A stretch of 63,997 nucleotides of DNA, filler included, from Thraustochytrium aureum (taxonomy: Eukaryota), in the NCBI GenBank assembly GCA_012862495.1. It is 8 parts of 6 records of this genome, joined end to end, with 100 filler letters (N's around TTAATTAATTAA, not from the genome) between each part and the next. Parts side by side here need not be neighbours in the genome. Positions count along the whole stretch, not along the records: positions 30,272 to 38,855 come from BLSG01000260.1; positions 38,956 to 46,893 come from BLSG01000260.1; 6 more parts are not named here. One strand, written 5' to 3'. Of this stretch, positions 34,492 through 44,948 are shown one piece after another. The position numbers and the translations under genes were made by a program. The notes under the pieces are model-generated. The model saw nothing but the letters and a program-made list of their open reading frames with translations. It was not told the origin of the DNA and did not search any database. Within the stretch, counting starts at the first letter, position 1, and each line of letters begins with the position of its first letter.

Positions 34492-36942
34492 CTAACCGGC
34501 CGCCCGCTTCTGGTACGCGTCGAGGTCGCCCTCCTCGCGCTCGAGGGCTTCCTGGTCCGCCTCCATTGTCGTTGCGGCCAGGATCTTGCGGGGCTGCGTC
34601 CTGGCGTACGCTGCGCGTATGCCCAAGTCATCCCCGCCGTCGCCGCCGCGCGCGCGCTTGGGGACGTGCGCGTCAAGCGCGTCCTCTGGAAGTGCAAACT
34701 TTAGCAACTCTTCTCGGGGGTCGGCGCNNNNNNNNNNNNNNNNNNNNNNNNNNNNNNNNNNNNNNNNNNNNNNNNNNNNNNNNNNNNNNNNNNNNNNNNN
34801 NNNNNNNNNNNNNNNNNNNNNNNNNNNNNNNNNNNNNNNNNNNNNNNNNNNNNNNNNNNNNNNNNNNNNNNNNNNNNNNNNNNNNNNNNNNNNNNNNNNN
34901 NNNNNNNNNNNNNNNNNNNNNNNNNNNNNNNNNNNNNNNNNNNNNNNNNNNNNNNNNNNNNNNNNNNNNACCTGCGTAGGGTCTTTGGACATCGACCGCC
35001 GCGCTGCATCGGGCGCTGGCGGCAGGTCGGGTCTGCCCGAGCGCCGAGCGTCTTCGCGAGCAGCCCTGTCCCGCTTGCTCTTGCTTTGGTGCTTGGCTGC
35101 GGGCTCTTTGCGGAACATTGGCAGCGCGTTTGGGAGGATGATTTCCTGGCGGTCTGTGCGCGTGGAGACTGCCTCTGAGACGTCGTTGTCGCTCTTTCGA
35201 GCAGCCGCCCGGCCCGAGCTCAGAAGGGCACCCTTCTTGGAGAGCCCGTCGTCGAAGAGCACGCGCGCAGTCCCGTCGCCGCAACCCACGACGAGTTGGT
35301 TGATGCGCTCGTGCCACTCGACGCAAATCACTGCGCGGTTGCGCGCGCCCCAGGTTGGGTCCACGGCGAGGCGGCGAGGAGCCACGTCAGCGCCGTTCGC
35401 CGCGAGGAAAACCAGCTCGCCCGTCTCGGCGTCCCCTGCGACTACCAGGGAGCCGTCTGGGCTGAAGCAAACATTGGACTCGGAGCGCGCGGCAAGGCCG
35501 CGACCCACAACAAGCTCCACTACAGGCGCTTTGAGCTGGCGCACATCCCACAGCTTGAGTGTGCCAAGCTCGCTCCGCGTGGCTAGCACGCTCCCGGACG
35601 GCGAAAAACGCACCGCCGTGACCTCGCCCGGGCCGTGTGCTGGCCGAACGACCACATCCGGTTTGGAACTCGCCGAGCCCGCGCGCATGGCCCAAATCTG
35701 GATCGAGCCGTCAGATGCGCCCGCAGCGAGGCACCCACCTGCTGGGTCCATGGCGCAGGCGTGTACTTGGATCCTTGCATTTCGCGCGCTGCGGGCCTTG
35801 AGAACACTCGAGCAGATGAGCTCGTCGTCCAGAGCGGTGCGGGGCCCGCCCACGGGGTCCCAGATCCGGCAGGTCCCGTCAATCCCGCTGGTTATAAACA
35901 GGCTGCCGCTGCTCGGATGCCAGCACCCGTCCGTAATTTGCGAGGGGTGCCCCTTGGTCTTTTGCATGTCGTGCAGGTACGGATCGCCTTTGGTGGTGGC
36001 GATCATCGGAGCCCCGTCGCGGTCCAGAATGCGGGCCTTTGACGCAGCAGGGAGGGCCAATACGGACGCCCCAGACGGAGAAAACCGCACGTGACGAACT
36101 GCGTGACCCTCTGCTGGGGTGACCACGCGGAACGGCCGGTGGTCGGACGTCATTCCGCCAAAGTCCCACATTGCGACCTGGTGGTCGTACCCGGCTGTTG
36201 CGAGCCGTGCGCCGGGAGGGTCGAAGGATAGCGAGCAGACCCCCTTGTCGTGCGCGGCGAGCCGCACTTGCCGCCCGACTGGGAGTCCTTCCCACGGGTC
36301 GTCTTGGGGCGCCGGCCGTGCGCTGCCTTGCTCTTGCGGCTCGGCGGCGGGAAGGGGGTCCGCGCGAATGCTTGGGGCGCTGCTAAGCATTGCGTCGGTC
36401 ATGCGCTGGATGGCCGCGCGCCGCTCCTCGCGCGTGAGTCGCGCGTCGTCCACTAGCGCCACGCTGGCCGGCGGAGCCTCAATGTGCGACGCCGATGCAG
36501 GCCCAGATTGCGCGGGGGCCGACGTCACAAGGCGATAAACCCTCGAGCTCATTCCAAAGGTGACCTGCGCGCCCTGCGCAAGCCACACAAGCTCGCCTGG
36601 CCCGACTCGTTTGCCGTCAACAAAGGTCCCACAGGAGGACTTGAGGTCGACGAGGCCGATTCTCCCAGGCGCGCACGGCGCCACCGCGGCGTGCACCGCC
36701 GAAACAGACTTGTGCTCCATAACCACGTCCACCCTCTTGCGCTTGCGTCCGAGCACGACGGCGCGCGAGTGGCCGTCCCGTCCGAGGCCAAGCCGACCGC
36801 ATTCCGCAAGCAAGACCCGGCCAGCAACCTGCCCGTCCTTGACCACGTCAAACCAAGCGTCAAACCTCGCGAGCCCCTCCGCGGACCACCCTTCGCCGCC
36901 CCGCGCTCCAAACTCCTCCAGCGCGCTCTCCACGGCCTCCAT
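34492..36942 (-). CDS. WDR70: FHA domain + WDR70-like WD40 protein (internal gap)
   Basis: FHA: LGR..HKSVSAVHA..DLKSSCGTFVDG. WDR70: DPPGARLATAGYD..WDFGGM, ILDRDG..KGDPYLHDMQKTKGH, IILPNALPMF, DPREELLKFA..AYARTQP. Confidence 0.85.
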   Translation of the reverse strand: MEAVESALEEFGARGGEGWSAEGLARFDAWFDVVKDGQVAGRVLLAECGRLGLGRDGHSRAVVLGRKRKRVDVVMEHKSVSAVHAAVAPCAPGRIGLVDLKSSCGTFVDGKRVGPGELVWLAQGAQVTFGMSSRVYRLVTSAPAQSGPASASHIEAPPASVALVDDARLTREERRAAIQRMTDAMLSSAPSIRADPLPAAEPQEQGSARPAPQDDPWEGLPVGRQVRLAAHDKGVCSLSFDPPGARLATAGYDHQVAMWDFGGMTSDHRPFRVVTPAEGHAVRHVRFSPSGASVLALPAASKARILDRDGAPMIATTKGDPYLHDMQKTKGHPSQITDGCWHPSSGSLFITSGIDGTCRIWDPVGGPRTALDDELICSSVLKARSARNARIQVHACAMDPAGGCLAAGASDGSIQIWAMRAGSASSKPDVVVRPAHGPGEVTAVRFSPSGSVLATRSELGTLKLWDVRQLKAPVVELVVGRGLAARSESNVCFSPDGSLVVAGDAETGELVFLAANGADVAPRRLAVDPTWGARNRAVICVEWHERINQLVVGCGDGTARVLFDDGLSKKGALLSSGRAAARKSDNDVSEAVSTRTDRQEIILPNALPMFRKEPAAKHQSKSKRDRAAREDARRSGRPDLPPAPDAARRSMSKDPTQXXXXXXXXXXXXXXXXXXXXXXXXXXXXXXXXXXXXXXXXXXXXXXXXXXXXXXXXXXXXXXXXXXXXXXXXXXXXXXXXXXADPREELLKFALPEDALDAHVPKRARGGDGGDDLGIRAAYARTQPRKILAATTMEADQEALEREEGDLDAYQKRAAG

Positions 36943-37417
36943 CGCGTTCACGCTCTCGCTGCCACTCTCGCTGCCCCGCGCTCGCTGCTCACACCGTGCG
37001 TCCACGTAACCTAGTACCCCTCGTTACGAGGACCCGACCGCCAATCTCAACTTCCAAGAAATGGCACCAGGTGGTGGAGCGAGCAGTTCGGAGTTCGTTC
37101 GTGCGCGACCTCGAAGAGATCCGTTGATGTGGCGAGGGCGCATGCGTTTGCTTGCATGTCGCCGAATGCCTCGTCGAGTGCAGTGCATGTCGCGGACGAG
37201 CGCAGTGCGGCGGCGGCGGCAGAGTACGAGCGCGCGAGAGATCGACCCGTGCATCGATCTGCCCATCGCTCGATCGCTCGATCCATCCATCCATCCACCG
37301 GTTGATTGATTGATTGATTGATTGAGCGAGCGAGCGGGCGAGGCCACGTTGGTGTTGGCGGCTGGCCGAGCTTGACGTGAGCGACCGCCGGGCGAGGAAG
37401 GACAGGAAGCACGGACG

Positions 37418-38794
37418 ATGCCGCCGCGACGGCTGAGCCGCGAGGCGTTTGAGGAGATTAGCGAGCTCGTGGCCCCGGCCCGGCAAACGGATGGCGACCG
37501 GAGGCGCGAGGAGAAGATGCGCCTCTCGGAGGAGCGGATGAAGCGCTGGCCCGACACGATCCAGGCGCAGCGCAAGAAGAAGGAAGACGCGTACCTGGAC
37601 CGACTACGCAAGCAGGAGGAGCGACGCGTGGAGCTCGACAAGGAGGAAGACGAGCGCCGCGCGCGGGAGCGCAAGGAGAAGATCGAGTACGCGACAAAGA
37701 CAATCTACCGCAATACGGACAAGATCAAGCGCCTCTCGTCCGCCGAGCTGCTGAGCGACTGCCTGCACACCCGCGAAGCGCAGATTGCGCTCGCTAAGCG
37801 CGTCGAGTCGGCCGAGAAGGAGTGGAACGAGGCCTTCCTCGCCCAGGAGCGCGAAACGCTGAAACGACTGGAAGCCCGCGAGATTGCCGAGACCGAAGAG
37901 CGCAAGCGCGTCGCCAAAGAGGTCTCGCGAGTGCAGCAAGAGCAGCTGGCCGAGGTTCGCGCCAGGTATGAAGCAGAGCTGCAAGAGCAGGAGGAGGAGG
38001 GGCGCAGAATGCTCGAGCGCGCGCGTGAGATGCAGCGCGAGGCCATGGCCAAGCAAGAGCAGAAGCAAGAGCAGGGCCGCCTCAACCAGCTGGCCGTCCT
38101 CGAAGCCAACGAAGAGCTCAAGCGCATCAAGTCCAAGCTGCAGGAGCGCGAGGAGGAGGAGAAGCTCAAGATCGAAGAGTACGCGCGACAAAAGGAAGAC
38201 CTCAAGGCCCGGCAGGCCGCTCAGTTCAAGAAGATCGAGGGCACAAAGCAGCGCAGGCGCGAAGAGATGATTGAGCAGGGTGTCAGACGGCTGCGCGAGC
38301 TCAACCAGCAGAACAGCGAACGGCTCGAAAACGAGATCGCCGAAGCGCGCCGTGTTGAGGACGAGCGCTTCCGCATCCTTAGCGAAAAGCGCGCAGAGTT
38401 CGCGCGCTCTATCGACTCGTCGCGCCGGACACAGGTGCAGATGCGCGAGCTGGAGAAGCAACGCCAGCACGAGAAAGAGCAGGAGCAGGCCATTCGCTGG
38501 CGCGAGTACAACCAGGGCGCCGAGGAGCTCGAGCGCCTCGAGGACGAGGCCGAACGTCGCGCCGCGCGCCAGCACGCGCAGATTCTTCTCAACCAGGCGC
38601 AGGAGAAGCGCGAGCGGCTCTTGGACGAGCGGCGTGAGGAGATCTTTCAGGCGCGCTCGCTCGCAGATCAAGAGCAAGTGAACCTGGACGACTTCCGCAA
38701 GGTCGCGCTCGAGCGCATCGCGGTGGTCGAGGCGGCCGGGAAGAACCCGTACCCGCTCAAGAAGTGCCTCAACGACGTCATGGCTGGACGCTAG
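37418..38794 (+). CDS. CFAP210: Cilia/flagella-associated TPH-domain coiled-coil protein (CFAP210/CCDC173-like)
   Basis: SEERMKRWPDTIQAQRKKK, DKIKRLSSAELLSDCL..REAQI, C-terminal GKNPYPL. Confidence 0.7.
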   Translation: MPPRRLSREAFEEISELVAPARQTDGDRRREEKMRLSEERMKRWPDTIQAQRKKKEDAYLDRLRKQEERRVELDKEEDERRARERKEKIEYATKTIYRNTDKIKRLSSAELLSDCLHTREAQIALAKRVESAEKEWNEAFLAQERETLKRLEAREIAETEERKRVAKEVSRVQQEQLAEVRARYEAELQEQEEEGRRMLERAREMQREAMAKQEQKQEQGRLNQLAVLEANEELKRIKSKLQEREEEEKLKIEEYARQKEDLKARQAAQFKKIEGTKQRRREEMIEQGVRRLRELNQQNSERLENEIAEARRVEDERFRILSEKRAEFARSIDSSRRTQVQMRELEKQRQHEKEQEQAIRWREYNQGAEELERLEDEAERRAARQHAQILLNQAQEKRERLLDERREEIFQARSLADQEQVNLDDFRKVALERIAVVEAAGKNPYPLKKCLNDVMAGR

Positions 38795-39276
38795 CTAGCT
38801 TCGTTTGGATTAGCGTCTCTCTAGCGAGAGAGAGAGAGGGGAGGGGGGGGTCTAGNNNNNNNNNNNNNNNNNNNNNNNNNNNNNNNNNNNNNNNNNNNNT
38901 TAATTAATTAANNNNNNNNNNNNNNNNNNNNNNNNNNNNNNNNNNNNNNNNNNNNCGCGCCTGACGCGGCTGGCGGGGACGCCGATCGCAGCCTGGCTCG
39001 TTGCCGCGCTCGGAGGGCCGCTGGTGCGCTAGGCGGTACTTGGTGGGTGGTGGATCGCCCGTGCAGGCAGGTCGAGCAAGGGCGAGCGGGCAAGTGCGGA
39101 AGGAAGCAAGGAGGGAGGGAAGGACCTCGGGCGCCGATGGGCCGAGCCCCTGCCGAGGGATCTTGCGGTGGGCTGTAGGTGATGGGCGGGGGCGGTTGCC
39201 GCGGATCGCCAATGCTGCTGCGCACGCTTTCCTTTCCCCAATGGATCTTGCCGATGTAGAGCGCGCGCGGCTTGGC

Positions 39277-39669
39277 ACGCCAATGTACTCGACTGGGGGC
39301 AAGCCAATCGCGGCTGGCCCGAGCCGCGTTGTCGACAACAGCAGCGTTTACCCGCTTCACAGTCTGTATTTCACAGTCTGTATTGATTGATGAACGCCGC
39401 AACGTGCCGCAGACCGACGCCAATGTACTCGACTGGGGCAAGCCAATCGCCGCTGGCCCGAGCCGCGTTGTCGACAACAGTAGCGTATACCCGCTTCACA
39501 GTCTGTATTGATTGATGAACGCCGCAACGTGCCGCAGACCGACGCCAATGTACTCGACTGGGGGCAAGCCAATCGCGGCTGGCCCGAGCCGCGTTGTCGA
39601 CAACAGTAGCGTATACCCGCTTCACAGTCTGTATTGATTGATGAACGCCGCAACGTGCCGCAGACCGAC
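39277..39669. repeat. ~125-bp tandem repeat x3; the first copy has a 14-bp internal duplication
   Basis: Units begin ACGCCAATGTACTCGACTGGGG at about 39277, 39417 and 39542. Confidence 0.9.
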
Positions 39670-40649
39670 TGCACCCACACCACCCGGTGTGACCTCCTCG
39701 CTGGAATTGTGACCACGCCAAGCAAGCAAGTGCCGAGCCGCCGCGGCGCACCACATTTGCGTCGAAGCGGCCCAATCACGGCACTGCCGGGCCAGAGCAT
39801 CCATCATCATCCGCCGTTCCATCATCGAACGAAAATCGCCACGCCAGCCCCACCAAGGCCACACTGGCAGCCTCGTAGATAGCGATGCTTGATCGGCTGG
39901 AGTGATGAGGACTCGCAAGGCAACTGCAGCCAGTGGCGGGCGCAAACGCCACCACTGACGAGGATGGTTTCGAAAGAACGCGTCCAGCGGCCCGACCTCG
40001 AGAGGGCGGTGAACCCCGCGGTCACGCCAGTGCGAGCATCAGCCAGTGCACACCGCCGTGTGGTTTCGCGATCTAGACATCCAGTTCTCCTCGCGTGCCT
40101 GACGCCTGTACAAATACTGACGTTCCATAGTCAAATCAACACGTTTTCTACTCCTGCAAAAGCGAGTTGAGGAGCTTGTCCAACCAACCTCTGCCTGCCA
40201 GTGCGTGCAGGCGCACTCGGTCGCGCAGAGTTGCTTGCCGGTCGGTGCTGCCTTGCTGCGGCATTCATTCATTCATCACAGCTTGGCCGCCGCGAAAGTA
40301 GGCCCGCCAGAGTAGGTACTCCACCTCCGCGTCCTGCCTGAATTCTGCTGCTGGCACACTCGAGGAGCCGCTTCCTGGCGTGGAAGTACTTGCCACACTC
40401 AGCTCGCCTTCCGACTTCCAAACCCGCGAGGACGTCAAGCGGAGGTACTCTACCCACTGACCGCGCAACGCGTTCATCGAGCCAGACGGAGCCCGAAACG
40501 GAGCGCGAAGGGTGGGTGGCCCTGCGCGCGAAGACGCTTGGACGGGCGACCGGTGCCGCTGCGCTCGTGCAGGCCACGGCTTGGGAGGGCGCTAGCGCGA
40601 GAACGGGGGCGCAAGGGCTCGAGCGCTGGCCAAAGACGCGCTGGACAGG

Positions 40650-41974
40650 ATGAGTGCGATAGTGCAGGTCAAATGCCAGACCGACTTTGACGCAACGGCA
40701 CCTTGGTGTGCTACACGCGAGATCGGTCGTCCTGGCTCCCGGAGGGCGTCAGCTCGACCTGCGACTGCTCGACGTTCTGGGGATGGACCGGCCCCCAGTG
40801 CGACGGCTTTACTGCCCAAGTCGCCCTCGTCCTTGCACTTAGCTCGTTCGTCGGGCTGCTCGCGCTCTTCGCGCTGTCCTACAACGTGCGAGTCATCGTC
40901 GGCATCCTGCGGCTGGGCCACACCAAAAAGTGGAACAGCAGCAACGCCACGCTCGCCTTCACAACGGTGGCCCTCGTCTCGTTGGTGCTGTGGCGCGCGC
41001 TCACGTTCGCGGTCCTCGTCACGCCTTCGAAAAACACGCTCAAGCTCAGCAACTCGGACGAAAAGCTGCATCAGTACCTCCCATTCGAAAAGGTGTTTAT
41101 CGCCGTCGCGGTCGTCATGACAACGCTGTCAGCGATCAGCGTCTCCGTCTCGTGGATCGACATCGCCAAAAAGTCATCCAAACTGCTCCCAGCCTCGCGC
41201 ACGGGCGCTTTCGCCGACCACCGGCGCAAAGTGTACGTGTTCGGGTTTCTTTTCTGCTGCGCTATCGCCGCGGGGTCGTCGCAGGCCCGCACCGACGTGG
41301 CCGTCATCGCGGCGCTCCCCTTCGTGCTCGTGATCATCATGAGCTACGTGTACGCGCAGCACCGGATGTCGGAAATTTTGCAGATGATGATGGAGACCGG
41401 CTCGAAGGGCACCGACTTGGGCCAGTCTTCCGACGCGGAGCCCGCCGTCTCGACGAGCCCGGAATCTCGCTCCTCTGTCTCGCGGGCTCTCGGCAAGGTA
41501 CGCCGCGCCGGGTCCCTCGACAAGTTCAGCCCCTCCCGCAAGCGCAAGCTGGTCAAAAACCGATACATGGCCCTGCTCGGCAAAGTTCGCCTCACCTCTC
41601 GAGTCGTGATCGTCAGCCTCACCCTCTTGGTCGGCGTGGGCGCCTGGTTCGCTTTCACGGAGGCCCTTGTCGGCTGGCGGGATGCCTGCCCGATTGGGGG
41701 CAGTATCTGCACGGTCACCCTCGGCAACGACATGCTCTCCGTCTTTGTGCTCGCCACCGCAATGGCCGTGCAAAAGTTCATCTACGACAACTTCAAGTTG
41801 CAGCTCGCGCGTCTGCGCGAGATGCGCCGCGAGTCGAGCAAGGCTGGCAGCGGCGATCATCTCGTAGCTCGCCGGCCCTCGTTCTTGCCGGCAACACATA
41901 TGCAAACCGCGAGCCCGAGGCTGCAAGCGGGCTCGGTGCTCTCTGAGACTGAGATTGATGACATGCAGTTGTAG
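40650..41974 (+). CDS. EGF-like + multi-pass (7TM, GPCR-like) membrane protein; frameshift near 40691
   Basis: Adding one T gives CQTDFDCNGTLVC..CDCSTFWGWTGPQC. About seven hydrophobic helices follow, with a long loop between TM5 and TM6. Confidence 0.65.
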
Positions 41975-42178
41975 CTGGCTTGCGTTGGCGAGAGGTTGGA
42001 AATTGGAGTTTTTGCTGTTGCGGTCTGTTTTGCTTGTGCTCAACCGTCCAACTCCACAAAGGGAGACCCAGGGCAAGCCCAATTCGCGCTGGAGCCATTT
42101 CCAATAAAAGGAGCGACGTTGCGTGAGGCGGGCAACGGACGCATGGCGGATTAGGGGACTTGGGCCCCGGAGCGAGTA

Positions 42179-42368
42179 CCTATACCAAACCTACAAACCA
42201 ACTCTTTATTCTGCTCTGGCACTGGCGCGTTTCTATGGTAGATCTGCGAAGCGCGAGGCAAGCTGGCAGCACCGGCCTGATCTGCTGTGCCTACACCAAA
42301 CCTGCAAACAAACTCTATATTCTACTCTGGCACTGGCGCGGCGAAGCGCGAGCAAGCTGACAGCCCCG
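42179..42368. repeat. Diverged ~110-bp direct duplication
   Basis: CCTAYACCAAACCTRCAAACMAACTCTWTATTCTRCTCTGGCACTGGCGCG at about 42179 and 42290, each followed by GCGAAGCGCGAG..CAAGCTG. Confidence 0.7.
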
Positions 42369-42444
42369 CCGTGCAGTGCTCGCATCTACGCCTGACACAC
42401 CAAATCTAGACTCCGTCCCCGCGACTGGGCGAGACCCGACGCGC

Positions 42445-44192
42445 TCACCGTGTCTTCTTGGCCTCCCGAGCCACAGATTCTTGGGCCCGCAGCGTCTCAA
42501 GCGTCATCGGGAACGCTTCACTCTGAAAGTGCAAAATCGCAGACTGCACAAAGCTTGGATGCTCCTTGACAAGCTCCCGAAACAGCGGCCACGACACAAG
42601 ACGGCGCCCTGCGTCGTCTTTTGGTGCGCCGTGCTTGGCGGCAGCCTCCTCAAAGTCCCGCACCTCGCGCCGCAGCGAATCGTCGACGCGAAAAGACCCA
42701 CCCCTGGTGTGCGCCAACAAGTTGAAGAACTCGTCCTCGCTGATGACCCCGTCATGGTTTCCGTCGTAGAGGTCGAAGGCGAACCGCGCCTTCTCTTCCT
42801 GCGACGTAGAGGCGCCTTCGCAACAGATCGCCATCGAGAGTACGAGCTCTCGAAAGTCGATACTGCCAGTATGATCGCGGTCAATGAAATCAAAGATGAG
42901 GCGCGCATGGTCTGACTCGCGGTTAAGCCCAAGCGCCCTACAAAACTCGTCGAAATCAATTGTTCCATCGCCGTTGGCGTCGATGCGCTGAAAGACGCGC
43001 AGGGCATGCTTCACCTCCGAAAGCCCGTAGGACGCGTCGCGCGCAAAGATGTCCTTGACCTCTTTAAGCTGCAGGTTGCCCATGGACACCTTGTCGCTTG
43101 CCGAGGGGGTCTCGAGAAGCGAGACGACGTGCTTCTCCTCCTTGATGTCCAAAGCCTCTTTGTACAGCTTGGCGTCTTCAAAGTAGTGGTCCGTCATGAC
43201 CACGTCGTCGCCCAGCGCCGTCGCGATCTCGCGCCGTACGTTGTTTGCAAAAAGTGTGGGGTCTGCCTTTTCGGCCTGCGTGGGGATGTGTAGCGGCAGA
43301 AACGTGACTTTCAGCCGCATCCAAAACTGCGTCAGGTGCCGCCTGTGGAAGAGGTCCTTCTTGCGGCACACCACGTACGACGGGTCAAAGTACTTGTTGG
43401 CGCTGTAGTCGAGCGCCACGGGCTGCACTGCGAGCCCTGGCAGGAACGCGCCGCGCTGAAACATAGTCAGCACCTTGTTCTTCGTGGTCGTGCCTTGCGG
43501 AAATATCAGCACTTGTGGAAACCTCTGGCCTGCGGGGAGCGCCTGCGACTCGGCGAATCGCGTGATGGTACTCTTCGTCTCCTCGCGAGCCTCCTTGCTC
43601 TCCCGCTTGACGGGGATGACCTGCAGCGCGCGAAACACCGCCCCAGGACGGGCACTTTGAAGACCTCGGCCTTGGCGACCGGAGCAGGCCGCGTCAGCCA
43701 GTAAAGCACCAAGGCATCGAATAGACTACAGTGGTTGGGAACAATAAAAGCGGCGCGCGGGTCTGGCCTGCCGACGACCTCGATGTGGTAAAACCCGAAC
43801 ACGAACAGCGCGGCGCGGCAGAGCCAGGCCACTGGAGCGAGGATCGCCCGCCTCCACGGCGCATAAGGCTGCACGGTCGCCTGGCGCGGGTCCAGGCCAG
43901 CCGTCGCTACCAGGCACAGCACCAAGACCACGGCAAGCAGTGTCAGGAACGCCACGACGCGCACCACGGCGAGCAGACTTATCGTGAAGAAAGCAAGCTT
44001 GAACACTTCCCACATCCCTGGCGGGCTCGAGTACTCGAACGGGTTGATCTCTTGCTTGATCCTTTGCACCTCGTCGCGCAATTCCGACAGAGGGTCGTTG
44101 GACGCGGCGACTTCCCGCAGCACCTTGTCCTCCACGGTGCTCGACGTCCCGAGCGGCGGCGCACCGCGGGGCGGCTCGCCTGCTTGCGCCAT
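42445..44192 (-). CDS. LPCAT: Lysophospholipid acyltransferase with EF-hands (LPCAT1/2-like); frameshift near 43642
   Basis: INPF, TM helix, NHCSLFD (HxxxxD), LIFPQGTTT, FQRGAFLPG..VQPV; EF loops DANGDGTIDFDE, DRDHTGSIDFRE, DGNHDGVISEDE. Confidence 0.88.
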
Positions 44193-44196
44193 CCCC

Positions 44197-44223
44197 AACA
44201 ACAACAACAACAACAACAACAAC
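44197..44223. repeat. (AAC)n microsatellite immediately upstream of the LPCAT ATG
   Basis: Directly visible. Confidence 0.9.
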
Positions 44224-44948
44224 GTGCCGCCGCCGACTCGGCCTCCAAGCGCTCAACGACCCGCGCCGCGCCTGGTGGGCCGCAACCAGCGCGCTGGGCA
44301 ACGAAACCTCTCGCTCGCTGCTCCCTTCCTGCCGCTCCGGCTCAACGGTTGCGGCTCTGCGCGACGAGGAACGAGGAAACCAACCTCTCGCGCGCGGCCC
44401 AGGCCCGTTCCCCGGCGCGCCTGTTCCGCCGCACGCCTGTTCCCCGGCACGCCGGAGCCCACCACGACCACCACGACGACGAGAAGGACAGGCTGCGGTG
44501 CGCAAGCGCCTCCTGAGCGCAGAGCTGGCAGGACTCTCCGGGAGCCGTCGTGGTCAACGTGCGCGTTGTGAACGGGCTGGGCCAGCGGCCAGCAAGGGCG
44601 GGCGAGGCGCTCGATGGCGCCTGCTGCAGCTTTGCATCGCATGCTGTTGCGAACGTCGACGTCCAGGACGCGCGTGCCCGGCTTCGAGGTGGGCGAGGAC
44701 GTGCATGCCGCACAAGCCTCGGCTCCGTGCTCCGAGCACCTCCGAGCACCTGCCCGTGAGTCCTGCTGCTCGTTGACGAGGACTTGGCCCAACCCGATTC
44801 GGTGATGCCCGCGCAGCTGGCCGCGAAGGCAACGTGTTTGTTGAGCAGCAGCTCGTACTCGTCCGGGTTGGTTGATTTAGTTTTGCGCTGCAGCTACGGA
44901 TTGGCGCACAGCGCCTTTTCGCGTCGGGGCTCGTTGGCCAACTCACAC

